IMG/VR virus record: IMGVR_UViG_3300035670_000078
Location: 1 to 64,000 of that record
From: a virus
DNA: 64,000 nt
Direction: 5' to 3' (one strand)
A program made the translations under genes and the position numbers. The notes under the pieces were generated by a model. It did not search any database. It had not been told where the DNA came from and saw only the letters and a list, made by a program, of their open reading frames with translations. Below, in pieces: positions 18,186 to 28,157 of this stretch. Numbering within the stretch: position 1 is the first letter of the stretch; every line of letters starts with the position of its first letter.

Positions 18186-18914
18186 ATGGAAGTGAATACG
18201 TATCTCGCAGCTCGTACTGACAACAGCAAGACGGATGACGTGCCGACCGTCTGGATCGGCGTCACCCGTGAAGAAGCCCGCAGCTCATGCGATACCGTCG
18301 AGTGCCGTCTGCGCCCGTGGCGTGAAGGCCGCAAGAAGGGCGACGTCATGTGCTACGCCTGGGGCGGTACCCCGACGATGGGGCTCGCGTCCATCGAGCG
18401 CAGCCTCGAGTCTGGCACACTCAACCTCGATGCGGAGGAGATGATCAAGAAGCGCGCGGCGTCTGCCCGCTTCGTCCGCATAGGCGCGCTGGGTGACCCG
18501 GCCGTCAAGCCGTGGGGATGGTGGTATTCCATCCGCCGTCTGGCCAAGAAGCATGGCCTCAAGACCATCGCGTACACGCATGGCTGGGACAAGCGCCCCG
18601 ACCTCATCGGCATGACCATGGCGTCGTGCGATAGCATTGAGGAGGGCATGGAGGCCAAAGCCATGGGCTTCCAGGTCGCCATCGCCACGCGCGACGTCAA
18701 GCCGACCGACAAGTCCGTCAAGCTGCCCGATGGCTCGACCGGCTATGTCTGCCCCGCCATCTATACCAAGGCGGTCGGCAAGCCTCAGGTGCAGTGCAAT
18801 CAGTGCCTCAAGTGCACTGGAGAAAAGCCTGACCTGACCATAATCTTTCCCGACCACGGTCCGGGCTCCCCGTACCGCAAACGCCGCAAGGCCTCAGCTT
18901 TCAAGTGCAGGTGA
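18186..18914 (+). CDS. Cys-rich phage protein (DUF7227/Gp88-like)
   Basis: NSKT..C...C..CYA, RIG..GDP, YTH.W, CPA..C..C..C..FPDHG. Confidence 0.6.
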   Translation: MEVNTYLAARTDNSKTDDVPTVWIGVTREEARSSCDTVECRLRPWREGRKKGDVMCYAWGGTPTMGLASIERSLESGTLNLDAEEMIKKRAASARFVRIGALGDPAVKPWGWWYSIRRLAKKHGLKTIAYTHGWDKRPDLIGMTMASCDSIEEGMEAKAMGFQVAIATRDVKPTDKSVKLPDGSTGYVCPAIYTKAVGKPQVQCNQCLKCTGEKPDLTIIFPDHGPGSPYRKRRKASAFKCR

Positions 18915-19135
18915 TCGAATGTGGTTATTCTCAATCCCCTACGTCGTCCCAATGCTGCTCATCATTACGGCGATGGTCGTCACCAAGAAGTGCATGTGAT
19001 GGAACAGCTCTACGTGTACATCGACGACGTGATGGCTCAGCTCAAGCCCGAGCCAAAGCAGCCAGCGCCCGAGGAGCGGCGCGTCATCATTATCGACATG
19101 AACGCTGACGAAGAGGTCAGCGAGGAGACTGAAGC

Positions 19136-21356
19136 ATGAGCGAGTCAGACGACACCAGGATGCTGAAGTTCCTGGCTAGCGAGATCGCTGAGGCGGCTGG
19201 CTGGAAAAGCAAGTCGCCCGTGTATGCAGCCGCTCATGTCCGAGCCCTCATCCTCAACCTCAAGACAGAGTTGGAAGTCGAGACGAAGCTGAGGAGGATC
19301 GACACGACCGAGCTTCGTCGTCAGCTGAAGGAAGCAAAGCTTAAGCATGAGTGCGACAGGATCGCACTGGAGAATGCTATCGACGCCAGCAAGGAGGGAG
19401 CCTGGATGGCACGCGCCCTAGATGCTGAGCGAGAGCTTGGCCTCCTCAAGAAGCATCTCGATGAGAGCTGGCAGGAGTGCCACGACGGCTCCGAGTCAGC
19501 GTGCAGCAAGTCACACGAGTGAGACAAGCTGTGGTAACTCAATGCTATGCCATTGAGATATCACGACGTATTCATTCCTCGTTCTCTCTGGGAAGATCCA
19601 GCATTCAAGAAGCTCACACCACTTGATCAGTGCGTGTTGTTCAGGCTTTACGGATATGCTGACACGGATTATCGTGGTCACTTCCCTAACAAGCGTCTAT
19701 CAAACGCGCACCTGACTTACGAAGACATGGATGCGTCGCTGATGGAGCTGATTCATGTTGGCTTGGTTGAGCTCGTTGAGTCTTACGAGAAGTTCACTGA
19801 CGGCCGCTTGAAGTGCGGATACGATCTTGGCTACTCGAAAAAGACCAGCCCGCGTCGGGCTGGCTTTGTTTGGCGTCTCGTGCACAGGAGTGATGACATT
19901 GGATCCTAACGCAGCCCTCTATGGTTTCCTCGTTAGCGCAAGCGACGGGAACGCATCGGCGATGGGAGAGTATTGTGACGGTCTGTCCTCTTGGCTTGCC
20001 AAGGGAGGCTTTCCTCCCGAGTGGCACGCAACGGCTAGGAAGGCAGCGGACGTTGGTTGCTACGGTGGCAACTACACGGCCTGTCTTCAGAAGGTGAGAA
20101 GTTTCTTTAAGGAGTGCCCATAATGCGATCAGAATACGAAGATGACATGATGGCTCGGATGCAAGCCCATATAGATCTCGAAGAGTGCGCCAAGATGGGC
20201 GTCACGCACTTTGGGATACCTGTGGCTTGGTCTCTGACTATGAAGAAGAACAAATGGTCAGGTTACGCTCCACTACCGGAGTCAACGGCAATGGGAGAGA
20301 TTCATATGGGAGAGGCTTGATTGATGTTGCTACATGTAGCAGTCGGTACTGTAGTTGGTCGTGCTCGTGTCATTAGAGACATCAGCCACAAGTACAAAAG
20401 CTCAAGGCATGATGACATCGACCCCACTACGTGGAGCACGGTTTATCTCGTTGTGCGAAACATGGGTGAGTACTTCGTCATCTACTCACCTCCGATAGAA
20501 AGCTACAGTGCTGACAACACAACAGTCTTCTGGTCAAACGAAGACGGTGAGTTGCTCAAGGACCCCACACCACTTCGGTTTGGTAGTCCCCGACGTGCTC
20601 TTTACTGGCTTGGTATCGGATGCGACGATCCCAACGAGCAAGACTATGAGCACGCTCTGCCAAAGACACCACACTCTTCCAACGAACCTTACAGCAACTA
20701 CAACTATCCGCTGATTCAAAAGCTAGCTGAAATACCAAACCTTCATGTCATGAAAGACAGCCGTAGCACCATGACTACAAGGAACTTAGAGATCAGCATT
20801 GATGACAGGTCGACTGACAAACAACCGCAATATCCTTGGTGGACTACTAACTGCGATGTCTATTACTTCAAAATAAGTATTAGAGGTCATAGCGTGAGTA
20901 TCTGCTCAAAGACAAAACGTCAGGACCCTATCAGCTTTAGCTTTCCAAACACAATTGCTAGCGAAGTCTTGCAAATGCTTCAAGTACTTACCGAATATGC
21001 AAGCACAGGCAAGTACGAAAACGACTTCGACTACTTCTCAACAATATCAAAACCTAGCCGAAAATTCTAATCTAGCAGGGTTACCTATGACCGACGATAG
21101 CGATCCTGATTGGCGCTGGCATAATCACAACCGCTGCGGCGTGCTCCGAAAGGAGCACTTCACCTACACCGTCTGGTTAACAACACGAGATGTGAGAGAC
21201 GATGCGCCGTCATGGTCAGCAACAGTCTCGATGATGCGAAACTTCAGCATCACTACAGAGATAGCAATCGGCTCGGGAAGTACTTGGCAGGAGGCAGTTA
21301 AAAACGCCAGAGAGAAAGCCAAGGACGAGTTCCTGCTTCTAAGCAACGAAGTCTAG
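19136..21356 (+). other. hypothetical genes (19136-19522, 19547-19909, 19893-20123, 20123-20320, 20324-21070, 21087-21356)
   Basis: consecutive + ORFs; the last two are visibly AT-richer. Confidence 0.6.
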
Positions 21357-21360
21357 CCCC

Positions 21361-21396
21361 AAAAAGAAAAGGCCCCTGCGAAGGGGCCTTTCTCTC
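21361..21396. terminator. bidirectional terminator
   Basis: A-tract AAAGGCCCCT-GCGA-AGGGGCCTTT between convergent genes. Confidence 0.8.
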
Positions 21397-21449
21397 TGAA
21401 CCATCAGAAGCGCTATTTCCAGATACTCGAAGGTATCGCGCTCTAACTA

Positions 21450-21722
21450 TCAGAGCGGAGCGGGGTAGCGGTTGAGGGTCGGGAGGATCAGGATGGGGAG
21501 CTGACGGTTCTGGCCGCCGGTGAGCGAGCCGCCATTGACAACGTCACCCTGGGGGAAGAGCGCGGTCAGGTTGGTGAGGCAGTCAGCGATGGCCGCCTCG
21601 CGGTCGCCGCCGGAGCCGGTGGCGAGAACGCCGGCCGAGCCCTCGAAGTAAGCAGTAGCAGTGGTTCCGTCATACGCGGCCCGGATAACGATAGGGCCTT
21701 CACCGTGGTATGCAACAGCCAT
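21450..21722 (-). CDS. small protein, possibly virion-associated
   Basis: AAGGAG RBS; strongly biased codons. Confidence 0.65.
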   Translation of the reverse strand: MAVAYHGEGPIVIRAAYDGTTATAYFEGSAGVLATGSGGDREAAIADCLTNLTALFPQGDVVNGGSLTGGQNRQLPILILPTLNRYPAPL

Positions 21723-21815
21723 TTGGCTTCTCCTTGCAGTTAGGGCACTAGCGCCCAGGCATCAAGACTCTACGGCAGGCCCCGATCCGCCTGTAACGTT
21801 GCGCGTTGAGGGAGG

Positions 21816-24800
21816 TCATTCCCCCTTGTCGAAATCGGGTAGGTCAAGCTCGTTCCTGACGTCTTCCCACCAACTAGCCGCGCTCTTTTCTTTGTCAAGG
21901 GCACGCTCATTACGGGCGTGCTCCATCCTCTCTTCATAGCTGAGAGGCTGCGTGTCGAGCATAATTTCCATGCCGGACTCAGCCGTCAGACCTGTACCGA
22001 TAATTCCCGTCTGCTTTCTTGCGCCCTGTAGCGCAATCCAGACGGACATAACTCGGTCGTCCGTGTGCTCATCGGGGGCGTAAACAAGGCACCCCTGTAT
22101 AAAGCTTTGTATCTCGGGGTCAACCTGGCCTGTTTTTGCCCTCGGGATATCCCATAGTCCTTGTGCAAGCTCGGCGGCAAGCGATTCAACACCGTAGAAG
22201 GTGTGCCGCTTATTTCTAACCGTGCCGGTGCCACGGGTTTGAAAAGGAAACACCGGGACAAAGGGGGCCTTTTTTCGTATCAGCTGGAGGATCCACCGCT
22301 GGGCAAATAGTGACTCGACGAACACGAGGGACTTGAACCTCATGTGGGCTCTGACAATCCGGTCGATGATCTCGTTGGCGTCCCAGTTTCCGGCCTCGAT
22401 GTTGATCAGGCTGATCCGTCCATCGGGCTTGATCATCAGCGTCGATATTGCCGTGACGTCCGCCCCGGCTGATTCACTGATACCAAGGTCAACGCCGGTA
22501 AAGGTTTGGCAGCCGGGAGGCATCTGGGCGAGCGCCCAGCACATCGTGTCGTCACCAAACATGCCGTGACCCCGCTCGAGAGCGGCGGTGAACCATGCCT
22601 CCCTGAAGCGGCCCGCTTCGTCTGACCGGGCTTTGCAGTCAAGCGCGCGTGCAACTTCCCAGGGGGTACGCCGCATCTCGAAGTCTTCGATGCGGTCTTG
22701 GGGCCATCTTTCGGGCCAGTAGGATTTCTTCGTGACCGGGTCGCGCACCGGGAACACGTAATGGTTCCAGCCGGCCATCCTAGCAAACCGGTGGAGCGCG
22801 TCCTCGCGCGACCATGCGTTACCGATCAGCCAGATGCGCCCGTTGCGGGTGATACGAGACATCGGGGTGGTCAGCATCCAGTTGAACACGTCGTCCCGCA
22901 TGTACTCGGTGGCCGTGTTTTCCGACGTGAGGAAGTCGTCGCCGATAACCAAGTCGAAGCGGCGGCCGAGAATATTACCGTGCACACCAGCCGCGAGAAC
23001 CGTGGGGTCCTTGATTGTCGGGGAGCGCTCAACAGACAGCGAGGTGGTCGTCCATTCCACACCGCGACGGACGTGCGGGAAGATCCGCTTATACTCTGGT
23101 GAGTGCTCTATGTATCGCTTGATCGTACTGACGATGTCTTCGGCGAGGCCTTCAGTCGCTTGAATGATACAGATACGGATGTTCGGGTTCCTACCGATCT
23201 CCCAGAGGGATCGACCGATCGAGATCTGCTGCGTGTTGTGAGTCAACATCCCATCCGTCAGGTGGGTGTGCTCCTCACTCTTGATCGTGACGGCATAGGT
23301 CGCTTCGACGCCTGCGCTGATAACCGCCGCCGTTTTGATCCATCTCCACGTCGGCACACCCTCCCGTGCTTGAGCAAGATGCCGGACAAGATGATCGGAC
23401 TGTGGGAGCAGCGTGTTTTCATCCAACCCCACAGCTTTTCCGCCGATGAGGCCAAGGGTCCACTTATAATTATTGGACAGCGCCTTAACGACCGGGTTTT
23501 CAAGTGTGTGCTTATCGAGCACAGACAAGATGTCTAGAACCGTTATCATCTTTATCTTAACGAAGTACTTGAAAGACTTCTTTATGAGAAAGAGATCAGC
23601 GTTGATGCCCGCGACCTTCAGCATCCAGTACATGCCCAAGTAGGTGGACCTATTAAACTTGGGTAGCACAGTGTACCCCATGTTCTTCTGATCCGTAATC
23701 TGCATGAGCAAGAAGCCAGCGACAAATGCTTTTGCAGCTTCTGGTGTAAGCTGAAACAGTTCCGGGTGAAAGAAAGCAGAATTACGGGACGTCACGGTCT
23801 GTGCGGTGACCGTTAGACTCTCGTTCTTCAAGTTGACGTAGTAACCCCTCTCATTCAACCAAGAGGTGATACCTTCAACAACTAAGTACTGCTTACGGGT
23901 CAGCGTGAACTCGTTTTCCTTCGAGGGAAAATAGAGGAACCGGAACCCCATCTTGTCGCAGAACCGTTTGATCAGCCGGACGACGTCGTACTCGTTTGAG
24001 ACGAGCTTAGGCTTTATGGTCCAGCTGAGAACTAGCTCAGCACCCAGGTAGGCTTTTGGAACAGGGATGCGCTTGGCCATGCCATTCAAGAGCACGCCGA
24101 GGGCAAAGGCATCCTCTGAGGACATGTCAGAGTATTTATCGAGCTTGGGATACTGACCGAGCGTCGCGATGCGGTGATGCCTCTTGAGCACGTTGCTGGC
24201 CATGCTCCAACCCTCGCGAGGAGGGGGAGCGCCGCGAGTCATGTTGACGCCGACGTAGACGGGGTGGTTGTTGCTGTAGACGCCAATCGCCCCACACTCC
24301 GAGGTAATCATCGTGCAAGGTACGTGGCCATCGTACTCAATGCTTTCGACCTCTACCCATTCATGGGACCTTGTCTTCTGATTAAGGGATAGGACCTCTA
24401 CTTTATTGCCCGAATCAAGGTCCGCTTTCAACTCGAGCAGCGTGACTGGCAGACCATCCCGACGAATGAAAATCGTCTGTGCTGTGACGCAGTTATGAGT
24501 GACGGTGAACGAGCGACCTGCCAAGTAAGTGTGTGTCGGATGCTCGACACCGATGCACTTCATCAGGGTGGGCGGCTGAGGAATGATCGCTTTGACGCCT
24601 TTCACAAAGGCTGCCGTGATATGAAGAATAACACCTTCTACACTGACGTGCAGTCCAAGCGATCTAGCAGCTTCGGCTAGTGCTAGCGCGTTCTCTTCTG
24701 AGCCAACAGTGACACGAGACGCGCCGCCGACAACTGACGCTCGGGACAGCCAGTACTGAACTTCACGTACCCGCTCATCCACCGTAGGGAAGCCAGCACC

Positions 24801-25394
24801 AAAATTAACGGGCAGTGTGAGCGGTATCCACCAATACCCTTCGGAGCAAAGAAGCATTTCTTTGGTGGACAGCACTCTACTTGGAAGGCTTCTTAGTCTG
24901 TCGTGGTATCCGTCTGCGGTCCACCAAGCGAGCCACTGGTGGTCTCCGCAAGCGACCTGCGTGGTGCCGTCAGAGAACACGAGCATGTAGGCGTCGCGCT
25001 CCGTCACCTCCGTCTCCGAGATAACTCGTGTCGGGGTGCCGTCCATGGCGAATACCAAATCACCTGGATGGATATCTGCAAGCAGCTTCCACCCAGAAGG
25101 AGTTGGTATCTCCGTTGTTATAGGTAGCGCTTTGCCCAGCTCAGTATGCCCAAGAATGGACGCCGCCTTCGAGGCCGTGCACGCCTCCTGCAGCTTTTCA
25201 TGGTAAGGAGCCTGCCTAATAGGCTCTTGAGTTTCTTCATCCCGGAGGACGTACTGGACAAAATAGTTGGGATCCTGCCTAGAAAGTGATACCCGGTACT
25301 CATCGAGTTGCTGTTCTAGTTTCTCGATGGCAGAAGGGTCTTCCTTCTGTAGCCGAAGAAGTTCGGCTCTAATCTCTTCATCAGACGAGAACAT
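21816..25394 (-). CDS. terL: terminase large subunit with two inteins
   Basis: spliced Walker A GHTELGK/T; GRRFDLVIGDD Walker B; IGNAW; YWPERW; GVDLG..D nuclease motif; DDRVMS. Confidence 0.92.
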   Translation of the reverse strand: MFSSDEEIRAELLRLQKEDPSAIEKLEQQLDEYRVSLSRQDPNYFVQYVLRDEETQEPIRQAPYHEKLQEACTASKAASILGHTELGKALPITTEIPTPSGWKLLADIHPGDLVFAMDGTPTRVISETEVTERDAYMLVFSDGTTQVACGDHQWLAWWTADGYHDRLRSLPSRVLSTKEMLLCSEGYWWIPLTLPVNFGAGFPTVDERVREVQYWLSRASVVGGASRVTVGSEENALALAEAARSLGLHVSVEGVILHITAAFVKGVKAIIPQPPTLMKCIGVEHPTHTYLAGRSFTVTHNCVTAQTIFIRRDGLPVTLLELKADLDSGNKVEVLSLNQKTRSHEWVEVESIEYDGHVPCTMITSECGAIGVYSNNHPVYVGVNMTRGAPPPREGWSMASNVLKRHHRIATLGQYPKLDKYSDMSSEDAFALGVLLNGMAKRIPVPKAYLGAELVLSWTIKPKLVSNEYDVVRLIKRFCDKMGFRFLYFPSKENEFTLTRKQYLVVEGITSWLNERGYYVNLKNESLTVTAQTVTSRNSAFFHPELFQLTPEAAKAFVAGFLLMQITDQKNMGYTVLPKFNRSTYLGMYWMLKVAGINADLFLIKKSFKYFVKIKMITVLDILSVLDKHTLENPVVKALSNNYKWTLGLIGGKAVGLDENTLLPQSDHLVRHLAQAREGVPTWRWIKTAAVISAGVEATYAVTIKSEEHTHLTDGMLTHNTQQISIGRSLWEIGRNPNIRICIIQATEGLAEDIVSTIKRYIEHSPEYKRIFPHVRRGVEWTTTSLSVERSPTIKDPTVLAAGVHGNILGRRFDLVIGDDFLTSENTATEYMRDDVFNWMLTTPMSRITRNGRIWLIGNAWSREDALHRFARMAGWNHYVFPVRDPVTKKSYWPERWPQDRIEDFEMRRTPWEVARALDCKARSDEAGRFREAWFTAALERGHGMFGDDTMCWALAQMPPGCQTFTGVDLGISESAGADVTAISTLMIKPDGRISLINIEAGNWDANEIIDRIVRAHMRFKSLVFVESLFAQRWILQLIRKKAPFVPVFPFQTRGTGTVRNKRHTFYGVESLAAELAQGLWDIPRAKTGQVDPEIQSFIQGCLVYAPDEHTDDRVMSVWIALQGARKQTGIIGTGLTAESGMEIMLDTQPLSYEERMEHARNERALDKEKSAASWWEDVRNELDLPDFDKGE
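23235..24491 (-). mobile_element. intein 2 (419 aa, Cys-start, degenerate LAGLIDADG region)
   Basis: CVTAQTIF..SNNHPVY..TYAVTI..GMLTHN/T; central AFALGVLLNG and AFVAGFLL helices. Confidence 0.85.
24492..25130 (-). mobile_element. intein 1 (213 aa, Ala-start, class 3-like)
   Basis: ALPITTEIPTPSGW..CGDHQW..MKCIGV..VTHN/C; W-C-T signature. Confidence 0.88.
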
Positions 25395-25397
25395 GCC

Positions 25398-26165
25398 ATG
25401 TCCTTAAACGACGACGTTGATAAGCTGACCGGATACAGCCGTATCAATCCCATCAGCTTTACTCTTGTGACTGTTCTTTCCCTGCCACTGGCTGGCAGTT
25501 GCGCGAGTGATGCCTTGGCAGAACCGCCGCCTGTCATCACCGAGATCCGGCGGGCTCCAAAGCTCCCTGTGAAAAAGACTGTCGAAGCGAAAGCGGCGTT
25601 CAGCTCCGAGCCGGGTGTCGGTCCCATGTGCATCGTGGAGTACCTTCCGCCAACCCATATGGGTGTACTACTAGAAGAAGCACCCTCCGAGGAAGAAAGA
25701 GTTGTTGTTGAGCGTGCAATATCTAAGTGTGCGCGCGACGTCAGCACTGTAGCTGACCCTTGGAAAGTCCTGGCTCTGCATCGGCTAGAGAAGGACCTCG
25801 GCGTTCCGAAGGAGGTCGAGAGTCTTCTCATTGCTACTTGGTGTTGGGAAGGAGCCATGCGCTCCGATAAGCCGATCCGTGGTGACTACGCAGGCGGTAA
25901 GGCTCACAGCTTTGGCCCATTCCAGATGCAGGCTTGGTTCTGGGACTGGTGCAACCTACCCACCTCCCCCATCGTTTATGATGACCTGACCGTGGCGGCG
26001 ACCTGCTACTGGTCACGAGTTCAGAGTGTGGCCGAGCGGATGGACTGCCCGGCGAAAGACCGATGGCCGGCCGCTGAGGCGATGGCGGCGAACGGTATGA
26101 AGTACAAGCACTACGGCTGCAAGGCTCGCAGCAAGCATTGGAAGGAGCTTGAGTCATGGAAGTGA
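25398..26165 (+). CDS. membrane-anchored protein, possible lysozyme/transglycosylase-like fold
   Basis: N-terminal hydrophobic segment; WE..RGD..SFGPFQM resembles the E..GxxQ SLT motif. Confidence 0.5.
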   Translation: MSLNDDVDKLTGYSRINPISFTLVTVLSLPLAGSCASDALAEPPPVITEIRRAPKLPVKKTVEAKAAFSSEPGVGPMCIVEYLPPTHMGVLLEEAPSEEERVVVERAISKCARDVSTVADPWKVLALHRLEKDLGVPKEVESLLIATWCWEGAMRSDKPIRGDYAGGKAHSFGPFQMQAWFWDWCNLPTSPIVYDDLTVAATCYWSRVQSVAERMDCPAKDRWPAAEAMAANGMKYKHYGCKARSKHWKELESWK

Positions 26166-26359
26166 CGCACCTCGAACCGTACATGAAGCAGACGTTTCAC
26201 CGGGTGAGCCGCGTGAAGGTCTATCACACGATCATGCGGCTTCTTCACGAGGTCCACCTCGGGAAACACCTCAACGGGCAGGAGCTGATCTGTGTCGATG
26301 CGCAGGACCTCGAGGACGTTCTCGAGTGGGCGCGCGAAAGAGCAGAGCCTAAAAAGTGA
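26156..26359 (+). CDS. hypothetical protein
   Basis: AAGGAG upstream; overlaps previous stop. Confidence 0.55.
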   Translation: MEVTHLEPYMKQTFHRVSRVKVYHTIMRLLHEVHLGKHLNGQELICVDAQDLEDVLEWARERAEPKK

Positions 26360-26649
26360 ACGGAATCAGACTCTTGTAAAAAAGTTTTGGGGGCGTGCAT
26401 TTTTCTGTTGCGCCCAGTCTGAAGTGGCTGTAGAAGCCATCTCCTCCTCGACGGAGTTCCTCGGTTCGCCCCTCGGTTCTTCTCCTGGAGTTGTCAGCCA
26501 CCGATTCGTTTGTGCCCCCGTGCTTTCGTTTCGGTCCGTTGACTCCTTTTTGCTCTTCCTTTTTGGTTTTGCTTTTTGGAGTTTTCGGTAAAGGGTTTCG
26601 TTGGTTCACCCCCTCGTTTCCCAAGAGGCCCCTGAGGCCCGCTGATAAC

Positions 26650-26686
26650 AAAAAAGCCTCGGCTCCCCGCCGAGGCTTTTTTGTTT
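26650..26686. terminator. bidirectional terminator
   Basis: AAAAAAGCCTCGGC-TCCCC-GCCGAGGCTTTTTT. Confidence 0.85.
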
Positions 26687-26700
26687 GGGCTACGTCTGGA

Positions 26701-27828
26701 TTAGACGGTGACGCTGCACGCGCCGCCGGTGACGCCAGAGCCAGCCGAGCCGGACTGAATGGTCGCGTCGCCGGTCGAGAGACAGAAGACGCTCACGCGC
26801 CCGCCGGTGCCGCCGACGCCCGCCGTACCAGCAACGCCGGTTCCGGTCTTCGCGCCGCCAGCGCCGCCCGTTCCACCCGTGGCACGGCAGAGGTTGACGA
26901 CAGTGACGTCCTCGACCTTGGAGCCGTAGACGAAGACGACTTCGCCACCGCCGCCGCCACCGCCTCCACCACCGCCGCCGCAGTTGCCCGCAGCGCCGTC
27001 AGCACCGATGCCGCCGTTTCCGCCGACAGCGGAGATCGCGCCTGCCGCAGTGCTGTTGCCGAGCTGGAGCTTCTGGCAAGCAACGAGGACGACGCTCGCG
27101 CCGCCACCGCCGCCACCACCGGCGCCGCCCGAGGCGGACGAATCACCGCCGCCACCCGCACCACCCGCACCACCGGCGCCGCCAGCGACGAGGGTCGCGC
27201 CAGCAACACGGCCGTCGAGGGTCGCGCGGTTGACGTAGAAGTTGGCCGAGACAGCCGCGCCAGCGCGGAGAGCGCCACCAGCGCCGCCCGAGCCGAGACC
27301 ACCGGCCGAGCCCTGACCACCCGCGCCACCGTTGCCGAGAGCAACAGCCGAAGGAGCCGAGGCCTGAGAGCCCGCCGTGGTCGAGCCGTTGCCGCCGGCC
27401 GAACCAGCGCCAGAAGCAGCGACGAAGGTCGAGGCCGCAACCGCAGAACCGGCCGTGGCGCCCGAGGCATTATTTCCGTTGCACTTAATCGCATTGGCAC
27501 CAGCACCAACGAGATTGAGCGTACGGGCAAAGAGGCGGAAGCCGGCGGTATTGATCGAGCCGCTGCCGGTGATGGTCAGCGTGTCGAAGTAAGCGTCGCG
27601 GGTAAGCGCGCCCGAGGTGAGGGGACCGCTCGTCGCGTTGCTGGTCGTGACAGTGAGATCTCCGTCCGTGGGCTCACCAACGAGCACGGCGCCGGAGAGG
27701 GCCTCCTGAAGCTGGTAAATGCGGGAGAAGAGGGAGTGGTTGTAGATCACCGGGGGAGCGCCGCTCTTGTCCGCAGACGCAGCAGCCTCCTGGGTGAGGG
27801 CAGTGGCAACATTCTTGTAGTCGGTCAA
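26701..27828 (-). CDS. glycine-rich virion/fibre-like protein
   Basis: AGGAG RBS, TTG start; GGxGGxGG polyglycine tracts. Confidence 0.8.
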   Translation of the reverse strand: MTDYKNVATALTQEAAASADKSGAPPVIYNHSLFSRIYQLQEALSGAVLVGEPTDGDLTVTTSNATSGPLTSGALTRDAYFDTLTITGSGSINTAGFRLFARTLNLVGAGANAIKCNGNNASGATAGSAVAASTFVAASGAGSAGGNGSTTAGSQASAPSAVALGNGGAGGQGSAGGLGSGGAGGALRAGAAVSANFYVNRATLDGRVAGATLVAGGAGGAGGAGGGGDSSASGGAGGGGGGGASVVLVACQKLQLGNSTAAGAISAVGGNGGIGADGAAGNCGGGGGGGGGGGGEVVFVYGSKVEDVTVVNLCRATGGTGGAGGAKTGTGVAGTAGVGGTGGRVSVFCLSTGDATIQSGSAGSGVTGGACSVTV

Positions 27829-27905
27829 GGTCGGGCTCCTGTGTTAGTGAGGACCTGCAGCAGTCATGTGTGCTGCAATTATCGAACACGGAAAGGTGGT
27901 GCGTC

Positions 27906-28157
27906 ATGGCAGGCAAAGCGAAGAAGCGTCGTATGGAGAGGGAGAGGAGAGAGGGAGAGGAGCTGAAGAAGATCATCATGCACCGTCTCCGGGAGAGGGT
28001 AGCTGCAAAGAAAGAGACGATGATCACCATGGCGAAATTGATCGACGCGCGTCTCAAAGAAGAGGCGGCCAGCGATCCGATTATTTCGGGGTACACGAAA
28101 AAGCCGAGACCAGCCTCCTCTCCCTCGGAAAATACCCCGAGCATGACCTCCGAATAA
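27906..28157 (+). CDS. basic hypothetical protein
   Basis: AAGGTGG RBS. Confidence 0.55.
   Translation: MAGKAKKRRMERERREGEELKKIIMHRLRERVAAKKETMITMAKLIDARLKEEAASDPIISGYTKKPRPASSPSENTPSMTSE

Noticed and set aside
26491-27966. 491-aa + strand ORF (likewise 12098-13411, 34242-35216 and 50053-51141 on the - strand)
   Set aside because: Antisense shadows of codon-biased real genes
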